The notes beneath the pieces were generated by a model. It saw only the letters and a program-made list of their open reading frames with translations, was not told the origin of the DNA and ran no database searches. DNA of 64,000 bases from Eledone cirrhosa (Eukaryota): NCBI GenBank assembly GCA_964016885.1, contig OZ024743.1:14942001-15006000 (forward strand), written 5' to 3'. Below, piece by piece: positions 28,841 through 40,264 of the stretch. Each line of letters begins with the position of its first letter. Position 1 is the stretch's first letter. Position numbers and translations under genes: made by a program.

Positions 28841-28996
28841 GAAGAAGAAGAAGAAGAAGAAGAAGAAGAAGAAGAAGAAGAAGAAGAAGAAGAAGAAGAA
28901 GAAGAAGAAGAAGAAGAAGAAGAAGAAGAAGAAGAAGAAGAAGAAGAAGAAGAAGAAGAAGAAGAAGAAGCAGGGAAGAAGACGCACGAGGTTGTA

Positions 28997-29068
<72 letters not shown>
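28841..29068. repeat. (GAA)n 28841-28969 and (TAA)n 29000-29068 microsatellites
   Basis: Pure triplet runs. Confidence 0.97.
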
Positions 29069-29107
29069 GGGAAGAAGACGCACGAGGTGGTAGAAGGTCA
29101 TGAAATC

Positions 29108-32100
29108 GCTCCCGTAAGTTTTTGATTTTTAACATATTTAAATCAATTGTGAAATAATAATTCTTAGTACAAATGTTGCATAAACCACCGAATGAAGTCC
29201 CATAAAATTTCGGATCCATATTATATTGTTATATTGCTCAAATATTCGATTTTGTATTATATATTTTGTATTCGAAAAAAGAAAATGGTTATAAATGGAA
29301 GAAAACACCCTCTGTCTACACTATATAGAACAGCCAATTAACAGCAATTTCACCAACACCAGAAACTTGATACACCACCTATCCCATCACACTAAATATA
29401 ACAGCCACATAACGGCAATTTCACCAACACCACCATCAATCCCGGCATGATAATAATAATTACTATTATTATTGTCTCAAATTTTAACAAAATGTTTAAT
29501 TCCAATTTTACGGGAATATGTCAACACAATATATATTAAACATACGAACACAAACTCATAGATACTACATATCACAAAACCCAGTAACCACAACGCCACC
29601 ACCGCCACCACCCCATCCATCATCTTGCTACCACTATCCCATCGCCGACGCCACCACTCCTTCATTGCTACCACCACTATTCCCCTGTTAACTTGAGAGA
29701 GAAAGGGGAAGGTGGCGGTATCACTAGACAAGGGAGAGGCTAGCAAAAGATATAAATAGATTGACTTAGTGACCTGGCCACCGGACAAACGTCAACATCA
29801 ACAACTATGGGAGTGCTGGCTCACCCCTTCCTCACCAACAATATAAAAAGCCCCGGGACCACCACCGACATAGCCAACAACAATAACAGGCAACTACAGC
29901 AAAAAGTATATTATATTATTGTAATGCACTGGGTGATTGCTGGCCTTGTGCCTGGAGTGGAGACAATTATTAATAATTTCATTATTAAGCCACGCAATGC
30001 TCACATTAAGGAACCACTCACGATAATAACAATTTAAAAAAAACAACAAATAGAAAACCCCGTGACCAAGAAATACCGGATGGCGGCCGGCGGGGAATAG
30101 CCGTGTCTCTAGAGGAGAACGACCCCTCTAGTCTTGGTTGACACTCGTTCTAGAAGTGGTAACACGAAATGATTACCCCTTGGCGGATAAGGATAAAACG
30201 CGACAAAATAAAGTAAATGTCTAATGATAAAATCTCATACCTGATCGGCCGTCACCCGGGTAAAAAAGGGCCGCGTCCCTCAGAGAGGAACCAGAGTGGG
30301 GTCGAAAAATCAGCTAATGGTTCAAACCTTCCCATCACTACGGAGCTGGACACCTCCCATAACCGGAATACTCCTACTGTTGGCCCTCCATGCTCACCAC
30401 CAAGAAATCCAAAGAAAAAGAGAGAAAAATGGTCAAGGGAAGATAATAAAGAAGTCCTTGAGGCTTTCTACACTGCCATGTACTACCCATCAAATACATC
30501 GAATACAGAACAGACATATATCAACTGGAAAAAGAAACATCCCGAAAACAGAGGCTATATTGACAGTAACAAACTAGCCAATATACGAAGAAATATTGTA
30601 AGAAAAAAGTTACTAACTGATATAGAAATTGATCAGATCAAGCTATTAGCACAAAGTCAGCGAAGGGAAAATGAAACATGTGTCAGTGAAAACGAGGTAA
30701 ACTGTAACACTTCGAACCCCAGGGTTGGGGCGGAATCACTGGCAACAGAACAAATTAAAGAAAGGATCGAAAAAGTGGAGGGAGTGCATGCTCAGGATGA
30801 AACTCCAAATGAAAATAATGAGATCGTAAATAATAAAGAAATGAATGAGAATGAACTTGCCAACTTGAAGGATGAAATTATGATCGAATGGATGAAAATG
30901 AAAGAATCTAACATGGGGCAACGAGACACCCTCCCTAAGATCCAGAACTCCAAACAGAACCAAAAGATAATACACAAGACTAACATAATTCTCAAAAACA
31001 TTATCATCACAAACAAACTAAACATTACTGATTTAAATCATATCTATTATGCATCGGCTAAAGTCACCACTCACTTATGTGGAGTGAAGATGAAAAAACA
31101 AAGGAATTCCCACAAGAAATCTACTTGGCAAGAGAACATCAATCGCCAAATAAACCTTCTCCGATCTGACATAGAAATTTTAACAAACTATAAAGTAGGT
31201 GAACATGTTAAAGAAACTAAACTTAGAAATTAGAAAAAAAAGTACAGTATAAAATCAACAAGTGACATAGACATGCTGATAGAAATAATCAAACAAAAAG
31301 TGTCGGCCAAAGCTGCTCGTATAAGGCGCTTTGAAAAACGATCTAGATTCTATAAGGAAAATAATATGTTCAAAAACAACCAAAGAAACTTCTACAGAAA
31401 AATTGGTAAGTCAACAATAACTGCTAAATCAATACCACCCAAGGAGGAAGTGCAAGAATTCTGGGAAAAGATCTGGGTCGAAGAAAAAGTTCATAACATA
31501 CATGCCACATGGATAGACAGACAAATAAAAGATACAGCTCATTTTGAGGAACAAATATGTGAAAATATAACAGTTGAACAATTGCGCTTGGCTCTAAGAA
31601 AAACCAGCAAATGGAAATCCCCAGGAAAAGACAAAATACAAAACTTTTGGATAAATGCCTTCACAGAGTCTCATGAGCTGTTAGCCCTACTTTACAATGA
31701 AATAGTTAAGGAGCCAGAAAAGATACCATCATGGCTAGTTAACGGCATTATATTCCTGCTTCTGAAGAATGATGAGACAAACAATCCCCAAAATTACAGA
31801 CCGATAACTTGCTTGACCACAATGTATAAAATGTTAACATCAGTCCTAACTGAATACACATATGACCACCTGATAACAAATGACCTATTTCCCATTGAGC
31901 AGAAAGGGTGTAAACGAGGCTCATATGGCTGTAAGGATCAGCTTCTAGTTAACAAAATGATACTGAAGATTGTCATAATAGACACAAAAATCTATCGATT
32001 GCTTGGATAGATTATAAAAAAGCATTCGATAGTTTGCCACACAGTTGGATTGAAAAATGTTTAGAGATTTTCAAAATAACCCCCGTTGTCAGGAGGTTTT

Positions 32101-34023
32101 TGTCATTCAGTATGAAGACATGGAAAACGACACTCCTTTTGAGTAGTGAAACAAAATCACTGGAAGCTGGAGAAGTTAATATTAATTGTGGAATTTTTCA
32201 GGGTGACTCTTTATCACCGCTTTTATTCTGCATCGCGCTTATACCATTAAGTAAAATGCTCAATGAAACAAAACATGGATATAAAGTCTATGACAAAACC
32301 ATTAATCACCTGTTCTACTTGGATGACCTGAAACTATTTGCAAAAAATGATGAACAATTGCAAGGTCTATTATCCACTGTGAATCAGTTCAGTGATGACA
32401 TTAAAATGGAGTTTGGACTAGATAAATGCGCCAAAGCAACGTTCACCAGAGGAAAGCTGCTGAAGAGTTCAGACATTAATCTTGATCGGGGGAACGTGAT
32501 AAGAGAACTTGATCAAGAAAAAATTTACAAATATCTAGGTGTTTGTGAAGGAGACGGAATCAAGCACTCGACAATGAGGGAAAGGATAAGGAAGGAATGT
32601 TACCGCAGAGTCAGAGCAATCTTAAGAACAGAATTGAATGCAAGGAATAGGATCGATGCCATAAACACGCTTGCCCTACCAGTAGTAACCTACAGTTACA
32701 ATGTCATCAACTGGTCAAGCACAGAGATCCGTAGGCTCGATACAAAAATTCGAAAATTCTTAACCATGCACAGAATGCATCACCCTAAGGCAGATATAGA
32801 TAGAATATATCTCCCTAGAAAAGAAGGAGGACGTGGGTTAATCCAGTTAGACATTGCGTTGAAAACTGCAACAATTGGATTATCTACATTTCTAAGGGAA
32901 TCACATGGTTGGATGATCAAACTCGTTTTGAAACACGAAAGAATCAAAAGATCATATTCCATTACAAAAGATGCACAAAGATACAGTAATGGACTACAAA
33001 TTTCAGAAGTCCCATTAACTGCTGAAATGGAAAACACAGAAAAAGCAAAGCAGGTAAAAGTAACTGCAAAGAAAGAACTGCTACAGAAACTGGCTAAGAA
33101 ATGGCAAGAAAAGCCTCTGTATGGAAAATACCCAGAGCGAGCTAACAATCCTGATGTTGACAAAACTTTAACTCATCAGTGGTTGGCATCCTCTGGACTG
33201 AAATCGGAGACTGAAGGACTGATTATATCAGCACAAGATCAGTGTCTGCCAACAAAAAATTACCAAGCCAACATAATAAAAAATGGATACAGCCCATTAT
33301 GCCGTGTATGCAAAAAAACAACCAGAGACCATTGACCATATAATTTCAATGTGCAGTCCTATAGCTCCAACCGAATACCTAAACAGGCATGACAGAGCTG
33401 CACAATACATACATTGGATAATGTGTAAGCATTTTGACCTGCCCCATCAAAAGAATTGGTGGGAGCATCAACCACCTACCATACTTGAAAAAGATCACAT
33501 CTCAAACTTGTGGAACTTTAGCATCCAAACAGACCGAAAAATAGATGCATATAGACCTGATATAATATTGAAGGACTTTAAAAAGAGGGTATGCCTGCTA
33601 ATTGATATGTCTGTTCCAATAGACAAGAATGTATCTATAAAAACATTTGAAAAATTGAGCAAGTATAAGGACCTGGAGATAGAAATTGGAAACATGTGGG
33701 AATTGAGAACTAAAACAATACCAGTGGTTGTAGGCGCTCTGGGAATGATACCTAAGGCGTCTAATGATTACTTATCGCAAATCCCAGGAAACCCGCGTAT
33801 AGGAGAAATACAAAAGATAGTACTAATGGGAACTGCCCATATACTAAGGAAGATTCTGTCAATATAAGTACATCACAAGTCTAAACACTAAAGATGCATG
33901 TGTGAGTATGTATGTTCTTCCTTGAACATGGCGGACCTTGTTGTCTCTTGAGGTCACTGGTTGTGACTTGGTGATAACTCGTATGAACATAAAGCAAGAT
34001 AAATGCAACTGTAATAATAATAA
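29108..34023 (+). mobile_element. R4/Dong-type non-LTR retrotransposon family A, full-length but disrupted
   Basis: Collinear with 58930-63785 from GCTCCCGTAAG onward; ORF 30217-33867 broken by a stop (31231) and frameshifts (~31965, ~33315); ends in (TAA)n. Confidence 0.93.
30217..33867 (+). pseudogene. RT + zinc finger + restriction-like endonuclease polyprotein, disrupted
   Basis: Four ORF fragments (30217..31233, 31273..32010, 32034..33335, 33283..33867) match successive parts of the 1216-aa ORF at 59994..63644; YLDD instead of YMDD. Confidence 0.93.
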
Positions 34024-34175
34024 TCAATATAAGTACATTACAAGTCTAAACACTAAAGATGCATGTGTGAGTATGTATGTTCTTTCTTGAACATGGCGGA
34101 CCTTGTTGTCTCTTGAGGTCACTGGTTGTGACTTGGTGATAACTCGTATAAACATAAAGCAAGATAAATGCAACT

Positions 34176-34216
<41 letters not shown>
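34024..34216 (+). repeat. Second copy of the Dong-A 3' end plus (TAA)n
   Basis: 34024-34180 repeats 33859-34015 with a few substitutions. Confidence 0.9.
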
Positions 34217-34218
<2 letters not shown>

Positions 34219-34478
34219 TTTCTTTATTAACCACAAGGGTTTACATAAAGTAGACATTAAGGACAGTGCAGGACAATGCAGGACGGTACAAATGGGCATT
34301 TCTGCGTGTAAAAAAACAAAAACAGAGGATGTAACAAAAATAACAATGAAAATAACAATGAAAAATTCCCCAATAGGGGGGAGACTTCGGAGGGACATTT
34401 GTGGAGAAAGCCCAGTAAAAAGCCACAATGACCCTGACCACCAAGGCAAGTGCCCTCTCCCAGTTTTCCACCTTTAGT

Positions 34479-37400
34479 TTACAGATATATACTCAGAGTC
34501 GGCCCATTCACTCGGGCCATTCTTGCTTCTCTCACCCATCTTTCAACAAAATGCTGGGAAGAGAGCACTTCCTTCTCTACTCTGATTTTCCTTTTCAAAT
34601 GAAATTTGAAAAAGTCAATCAGAGCATCACCGAAGAGGTAAGTGCTCGTCTTCAGCCCTTTCAAACGTGTCCACCATACTATCTCTTTCGCCATGGCCAC
34701 CAGACAGATAAAAACTGCCTGCCCTTCCCGGCTAAAGGAGGAGGGCGGGGCAATCCTCACGATAGACTCAGATGATAGCTGGATCCGTCCTAAACGCGAC
34801 AGCAGGTGTTCGACATAAACCCACAAGTCAGCAATTTTCGGACACTGGACGAGTGCGTGCAGGACGGTTTCGTCGCCCTGCGCGCATCTCGGACATGCCC
34901 GGCTGACGGCACCTCCATGCCTGTAGAGTTTATCCCGAACTGGCAAGGCTCCTCGGTAGCACTGCCAGGCCAGAGATTTCTGGAAGTTGTCCATAGGCCC
35001 TGGCCCGAAAGTTCTTCCGAAGAGATTGGCTAGTTGATTTTCGTCGACGCCTAGAGTTTCCCCAAGTACGTCGTCGCTCTTCCCCTCCACTAATCCTCTA
35101 TAGAACGCCGAGGTGGAGTTTCCACCGATCACATTGCCCGATTGGTCGAGGGCTGTGAGCGCCTGAAGACATTCCAGTCTCCAGGCGCTCCCTCTCGGTC
35201 TTCGCTTGACCCAGGACTGCAGCTCCGTCAAGGAAACGAGCTGGGGAAAAACGCGTCTAGCAAACGGCGATCACACCTGATCACCGTCGAGGAAGAGGTG
35301 GAGATGTCGTAGCCTGAGCGCGTGCCTGCGCATCATCAGCCACGGCATGCCCAGCCCTCCACGTAGCGGGTGTTGACAACAGATGGACCGCCTGACCATC
35401 GGAGCACGTCCCTTCCACAAAAAGCGAAAGAGCAAACGCTCCAGCGCAGTCAGGCGAGGCTTAGGACAAGGTACGACGGTTAGGCGGTAGCAGATAACAG
35501 ACGCGATGTACGCGTTAGCCACCTCCGCTCGACCTTTCAGGGATAGCTTCCTCTCCGCCCATTTCTGGGTGAGAGAAGCCACCCTGCTCGTCACCTCGTC
35601 CCAGTTTTTGTCCGTCTGGAGGTCCGGACCGAACCAGACCCCTAGCAATTTAACCGGTCCGTCCGTCCAGCGCCCGACGACGCTGTTGGACGGCATGGAC
35701 CTGCCTCTCCAGGTGCCGAGCTGCAGGCCCACTGACTTTTCCTGGTTGATCATTGCTCCTGTCACCGCTTCGTATTCTCTTAGTGTAGTGCCGATCGCCT
35801 CGATGTGTTTGGCGTTCGACACCACTACGGTGACATCGTCCGCATATGCTGACACGGATCTTCCGCATCCTAGTTCGCGTGGGACTCCCCTCAACGTCTC
35901 CAGTTTGTGCAGTAATGGCTCGAGAGTCAATACGTACAAGAGGGACGAGAGGGGACATCTTGGCGGACCGAGCGCATGATGTTGAACGGTTCCGACAGGT
36001 GACCGTTCACTCTTACCACAGAGCAGATGTCGCTGTGCATGGCAGCGATCCAGCCTCTGAAGACGGGCCCAAAGCCAGCCGCCCTCAGGACTGCCGCTAG
36101 GTAACGATGGTCGACCCTATCGAAAGCTTTCGACTGATCTAAATTGATCAAGGACCCACCCGTGCCAGGTTCCCTAGCTACCCTCTCTACGATGTATCGC
36201 ATGAGGTGGAGGTTGTCGTGGATGGATCTGTCGGGAATGGCGCATGTCTGCGCCTCTCCCACCAGACCACCAACGACAAGCGCCAACCTCTTTGCTAGCA
36301 CCTTGGCCAAAATCTTAAACTCTGTGTTTAGCAGAGTTATGGGCCGGAAATTGTCTATGTTATCCCCCTTGTTCGGATCCTTTCTCAGCAGTGCCACCGC
36401 TCCTCGGCTCACAGAACTGGGAATTCTCCCGTTCTGTTGCCAGTTGCAGTAGACGTCCGCCAAGAGGCCTCCGAACAAGTCTGGCATCTGTACGTAAAGT
36501 TCATAGGGCAGACCATCCAAACCAGGCGATTTACCCCTTGTGCAGCCAGTCATTGCCTCCCGTACTTCAGCGGCTGTTATCGGCTTTTCGCAACACTTCG
36601 CCTCAGTGGCCGAGAGCCGCGGCAGTCCGTCGAGGTAGACACTAAAGTCCATCCCTCTACCCGGCCCCCCGCTGCCCCCGAACAGCTGAGCGAAGTGTCG
36701 CTGAAAAGCTTCACACATTTGCCCGGGATCGAGTAGCATGCGCCCGTCGTGGTCCACCAAAGACCGGATCGTGGCTTTGTTGCCACGACGCGCCTCCGCC
36801 ACTCGGGCCCATTGAACGGCTTTCGTCCCCTCGTGTCTGAGAGCACGCACCCTAGCTCTGACAACGCAGCCTTCGTGCTTTGCATTGAAGAATTGGTCAA
36901 GGGCCAATTTCGCCGCAAGCACGTCGGTCGCAATGCCTTTGCTAAGCGCCTCGTCTAATTTTCTAACTAGTTCTCCCTCTGCTCTATTTTTCTCTATTGC
37001 TAAAGCCTTACTAAACCTAATCGATTCTATTCTAATCGCTCTTTTCAGAGCAAACCACCACTTGTTGTTGACGATGGCCCCCCGTCAACGCCCGCTTAAC
37101 TAGTTCGCTAATCCGGTCTCTGTAGGCCTTGCGCGCTGGTAAGGACGCGTTTAGCTTCCAGTAGCCGGGTCCTCGTCTATGAAGCCTATCTAAGTCAAGC
37201 ACACAGGTCACGAATTTGTGGTCCGTGTAGCTGACTATCTTGAATTGTGGACAGCCTATGCTAGACCTATCTATTTCCCTACAAAATACTCTATCTAGAT
37301 ATGATCTGGATGACCCTATGCGGTTTGTCCAAGTCCACATTGGCACATTCGGGAAATCCAATCGGTACCTGTCAGACAGTTCAAAACGCCTGAGCAGGTT

Positions 37401-37898
37401 GGTGAGGCTCTTGCACCCTCCACCCCTATCCGCTAATCCCACACAGTCCCAGCGTGCATCTAAGATCCCGTTCCAGTCGCCCACTAACACTAAAGAGCGG
37501 GACGTTCCAAGAAAGGTCTCCAGACGCCGGAAGAAATCAGGCCGCCCTGCTCCTGTCGGGGCATAGACGGCCACTAGCCTGAAAGCTTGCCCGTCTCCGC
37601 TGGTCACGTCCAGCACCACCAGCTTACCCTCTGGGTCCAGGAAGATGGCCCGTATGGCGAGATCCAAACCTCTCCGAAAAAGCACAGCAACTCCTCCACC
37701 CGATCCAGGACGGCTGGGAGATGCGTACACATCGTAGCCGCCGAAGATCGGTGCGAAGGCCCGTGCTTCGGAGATTCTGGTCTCGCTGATGGCCACTACA
37801 TCTATGTTTAGTGACCTGAGGTCGTTGAGCAGGTGACCCTGCTTCCATGACGACCCCAAGCCACGCGCATTTATGCTGCCTATTCTGAGTGAGGTCAT
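34479..37898 (-). pseudogene. Tx1-type ORF2 (APE endonuclease, RT, C-terminal zinc finger), disrupted
   Basis: APE motifs SINARGL, ISET, VYAP, GDWN, YLDR, TDH; RT motifs LDQSKAFD and YADD; CPRC...ETVLH...C. Frameshifts at ~37080 and ~35958 and a stop at 35271 relative to copy 2. Confidence 0.92.
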
Positions 37899-37933
37899 GT
37901 TTAAAATAGAGTGGAAAAGATGGGAAAGACCAC

Positions 37934-40030
37934 TTACCGTACTTTTGGTAGAGGAGGGATGGTTTTTACATCCCTTTTCACTTGATCGTCTGGTGAAGGG
38001 ACCGTTGAATCGTCCCTTCGGCTGGTCGTCGGCTCTTCTAAGAGAATGTCTGAATATACTCTTCGATTGATGGTTCCTCCTAGGTCCCTGAAATCACCAA
38101 CTGCGTTGGGGAATTTCGTTTTAATGTTTGTGTATTGTTTCTGTGCTATTTTTAACAGTCTTATGTTAGTTGGTGTTTTGATTGGTGCTGGTATTATGTA
38201 GTCCTGTTGTGAAATGTCTGTGTGTTCAATTATGTAAGTCATTAGTTTCTTGTTGTGTGTGTTTATTGCCGTGCATTTGTTTTTTTGGGGGTGGGGTGTG
38301 GTTCTGCTATTTTCTTGTCGTTGTTGCTGGGTGTGTGTGTTTTGTTGTTGTGTTTGCGATGTTGGTGCTTGTGGTGGTGGTGTTGAAGGTGTTGTTGGCG
38401 GTGGGGTTGTCGCCGGTGGTGATGGTGGTGCTGGTGTGGGTGGTGATGGTGTTGGTGGTGTTGCTGCTGTGGGTCTCTTTGCAGTAGACTTTACCCTTTT
38501 CTCATTTCTTTCCTCCCTTTTCAAAGGCGACGATGCGCTGCTTCTGCGTTTGTGCCTTCTTGCGACCTTTTGCCATCCCTCTCCCACCTCACACTCCATG
38601 TCTGATTCTGTAAGGTCGGGGAGGGGTACCAGCTCCACTCTTTCACTTGTTGTTGTTGGTGATGTTTGCACTGGAGTCTCTGTTGCAGCTGCATTTGGTA
38701 TTGCTGTTGTTGTTGTTAATATTTCCACTGCTGCTGCTGTCTTTGATTTCCGTGGCGTGGGTATGGGTGCCACGGATCTATCGTTCCTGGTTGCCGCTTG
38801 TCCTGTTGCTGGTAGCCGTGGAGCCGGATTCGGAAGGAGGGGGGTTTTCTCCTTTCTCAGGGTCTTCTCGTTGCAGAAGGCCCTGAGGTGAGTCTTCGAT
38901 CCACAGCGAAAGCATTTCGGGCGTTTGCCCTCAACACTTATGGGCAGTTGAGTGCCGTTATCGAAGTCTATCACATCCGGGATAGCTTCGATGCACTCCT
39001 GGTTGGTTTGGATTAGCATCTCAATGGAGGAGCCGACCCAATCTTCTCTTACTTTTTTCTGTACTTGCAGTACAGTTGTTTTGTCCTCGATTCCGACGAG
39101 GACAGACGCGGCCAGCCAAGAAGGGGTCATTCCGGGGGGGACGTGGGTCAGTTTGACCCTCACAATTTTTTGCCCGCAGTAGGAGGGCACCAACACCATT
39201 TCCTCGCTTCTTAGGGTCACTACTGATTGGGCCTTTGCCTCCTGGGGTGTGGCAAAAAGTACGTCTACGGTGGCGTATTTTTTGCCTCGGGTGATGTGCG
39301 TTTTCCGCTGCCACACAGACCCCAAGGCTTTTTGTATTTGGGCCTCTGTGGCTCTTTCCACCCTACGGGATTTTGTACTTACTGTACGGTACGTAACCGT
39401 ACAGTGCTCTTGGGTTTCGAAAAAACTTTTCGCTGCCTTGCAGATTGCTCGGTGTCCGTTCTTTGTCACCATCTTCTTCGCTTCCTCTAATTCCTCATTT
39501 GTTATGAGGATTGTTTCCAAGTTTTTCGCAATACCTGCAAATGAGATTGGTTTTTCTCTGCTGTTGTTGTTGTCGTCAGAGCTGCTGGTACTTTTGTTGT
39601 TGCTGCAGGTACTACGACTACTGCCTCCGCCGCTGTTGCTGTGGTTGTTGTTGGTGTTGCTGCTGCTAATGCTGTTGTTGTTTATGCTGCTGGTGATGCT
39701 GTTGCGGCTGCTACTGTTGTTTTCATTGTCACTGTTGCTGTTGTTATTACGGCTGCTACTTCTATTATTCCTGACGTCAGACGAATGAACTGGGTTTTCG
39801 TATTTCCGGCACACCTGTTTCGTCGCTGTCGTCGTCGTCGTGGAGAAACCTTGCACGCTTTGCACGAGACTTTTCTTTTCTTTCGTCGCTTGCGAAAGAG
39901 AAGGGAGGGAGAGAGACACATTTAAAGAAGGGAGGGAGAGAGACAATCTTCTCTCTGCTGTAGTGATGATTGAGGAAGAAGAAGACGGAATGAGTGGGAG
40001 TGACGTATGAAATTTCTTCTTCGTAGCCAT
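37934..40030 (-). CDS. Tx1-type ORF1 (gag-like nucleic-acid-binding protein), 698 aa
   Basis: Intact ORF with CFRCGSKTHLRAFC (CX2CX4HX4C), S/N-rich and P/T-rich low-complexity regions; ends 35 nt before the ORF2 ATG. Confidence 0.85.
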   Translation of the reverse strand: MATKKKFHTSLPLIPSSSSSIITTAERRLSLSLPSLNVSLSLPSLSQATKEKKSLVQSVQGFSTTTTTATKQVCRKYENPVHSSDVRNNRSSSRNNNSNSDNENNSSSRNSITSSINNNSISSSNTNNNHSNSGGGSSRSTCSNNKSTSSSDDNNNSREKPISFAGIAKNLETILITNEELEEAKKMVTKNGHRAICKAAKSFFETQEHCTVTYRTVSTKSRRVERATEAQIQKALGSVWQRKTHITRGKKYATVDVLFATPQEAKAQSVVTLRSEEMVLVPSYCGQKIVRVKLTHVPPGMTPSWLAASVLVGIEDKTTVLQVQKKVREDWVGSSIEMLIQTNQECIEAIPDVIDFDNGTQLPISVEGKRPKCFRCGSKTHLRAFCNEKTLRKEKTPLLPNPAPRLPATGQAATRNDRSVAPIPTPRKSKTAAAVEILTTTTAIPNAAATETPVQTSPTTTSERVELVPLPDLTESDMECEVGEGWQKVARRHKRRSSASSPLKREERNEKRVKSTAKRPTAATPPTPSPPTPAPPSPPATTPPPTTPSTPPPQAPTSQTQQQNTHTQQQRQENSRTTPHPQKNKCTAINTHNKKLMTYIIEHTDISQQDYIIPAPIKTPTNIRLLKIAQKQYTNIKTKFPNAVGDFRDLGGTINRRVYSDILLEEPTTSRRDDSTVPSPDDQVKRDVKTIPPLPKVR

Positions 40031-40264
40031 GTTGTTTTTTGTTTAAAATGAAATGTTGGGTACAAAACCCCAATAACTGGTTATTCAACCCCGAAGGGCC
40101 AAATAACGGACAGAAAGACCCCTCTCACGAGGAGGAGGGTGTCTTTATCAACAATTTGGTTCAAGTTTTAAACAATTTACAATTGTTTTAACGGTTAAAA
40201 ATTACTATACCTTACAGAGCCGAGCCTCCGTCAACCATGGCATTCAATAATAATAATAATAATA

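Larger units (their letters stand above)
34217..40245 (-). mobile_element. Full-length L1/Tx1-type non-LTR retrotransposon inserted in (TAA)n/(ATT)n
   Basis: ORF1 with zinc knuckle plus ORF2 APE-RT-CCHC; ends identical to the second copy at 43950-49917; AATAAA near the 3' end. Confidence 0.92.

Noticed and set aside
28799-29219. Poly-E, poly-L and poly-F ORFs
   Set aside because: Translations of (GAA)n and (TAA)n.
40110-40146. CTCCTCGT loop in the Tx1 5' UTR resembling an HDV ribozyme L3
   Set aside because: No P1, P1.1 GG or P2 partners could be placed; kept only as a hairpin.
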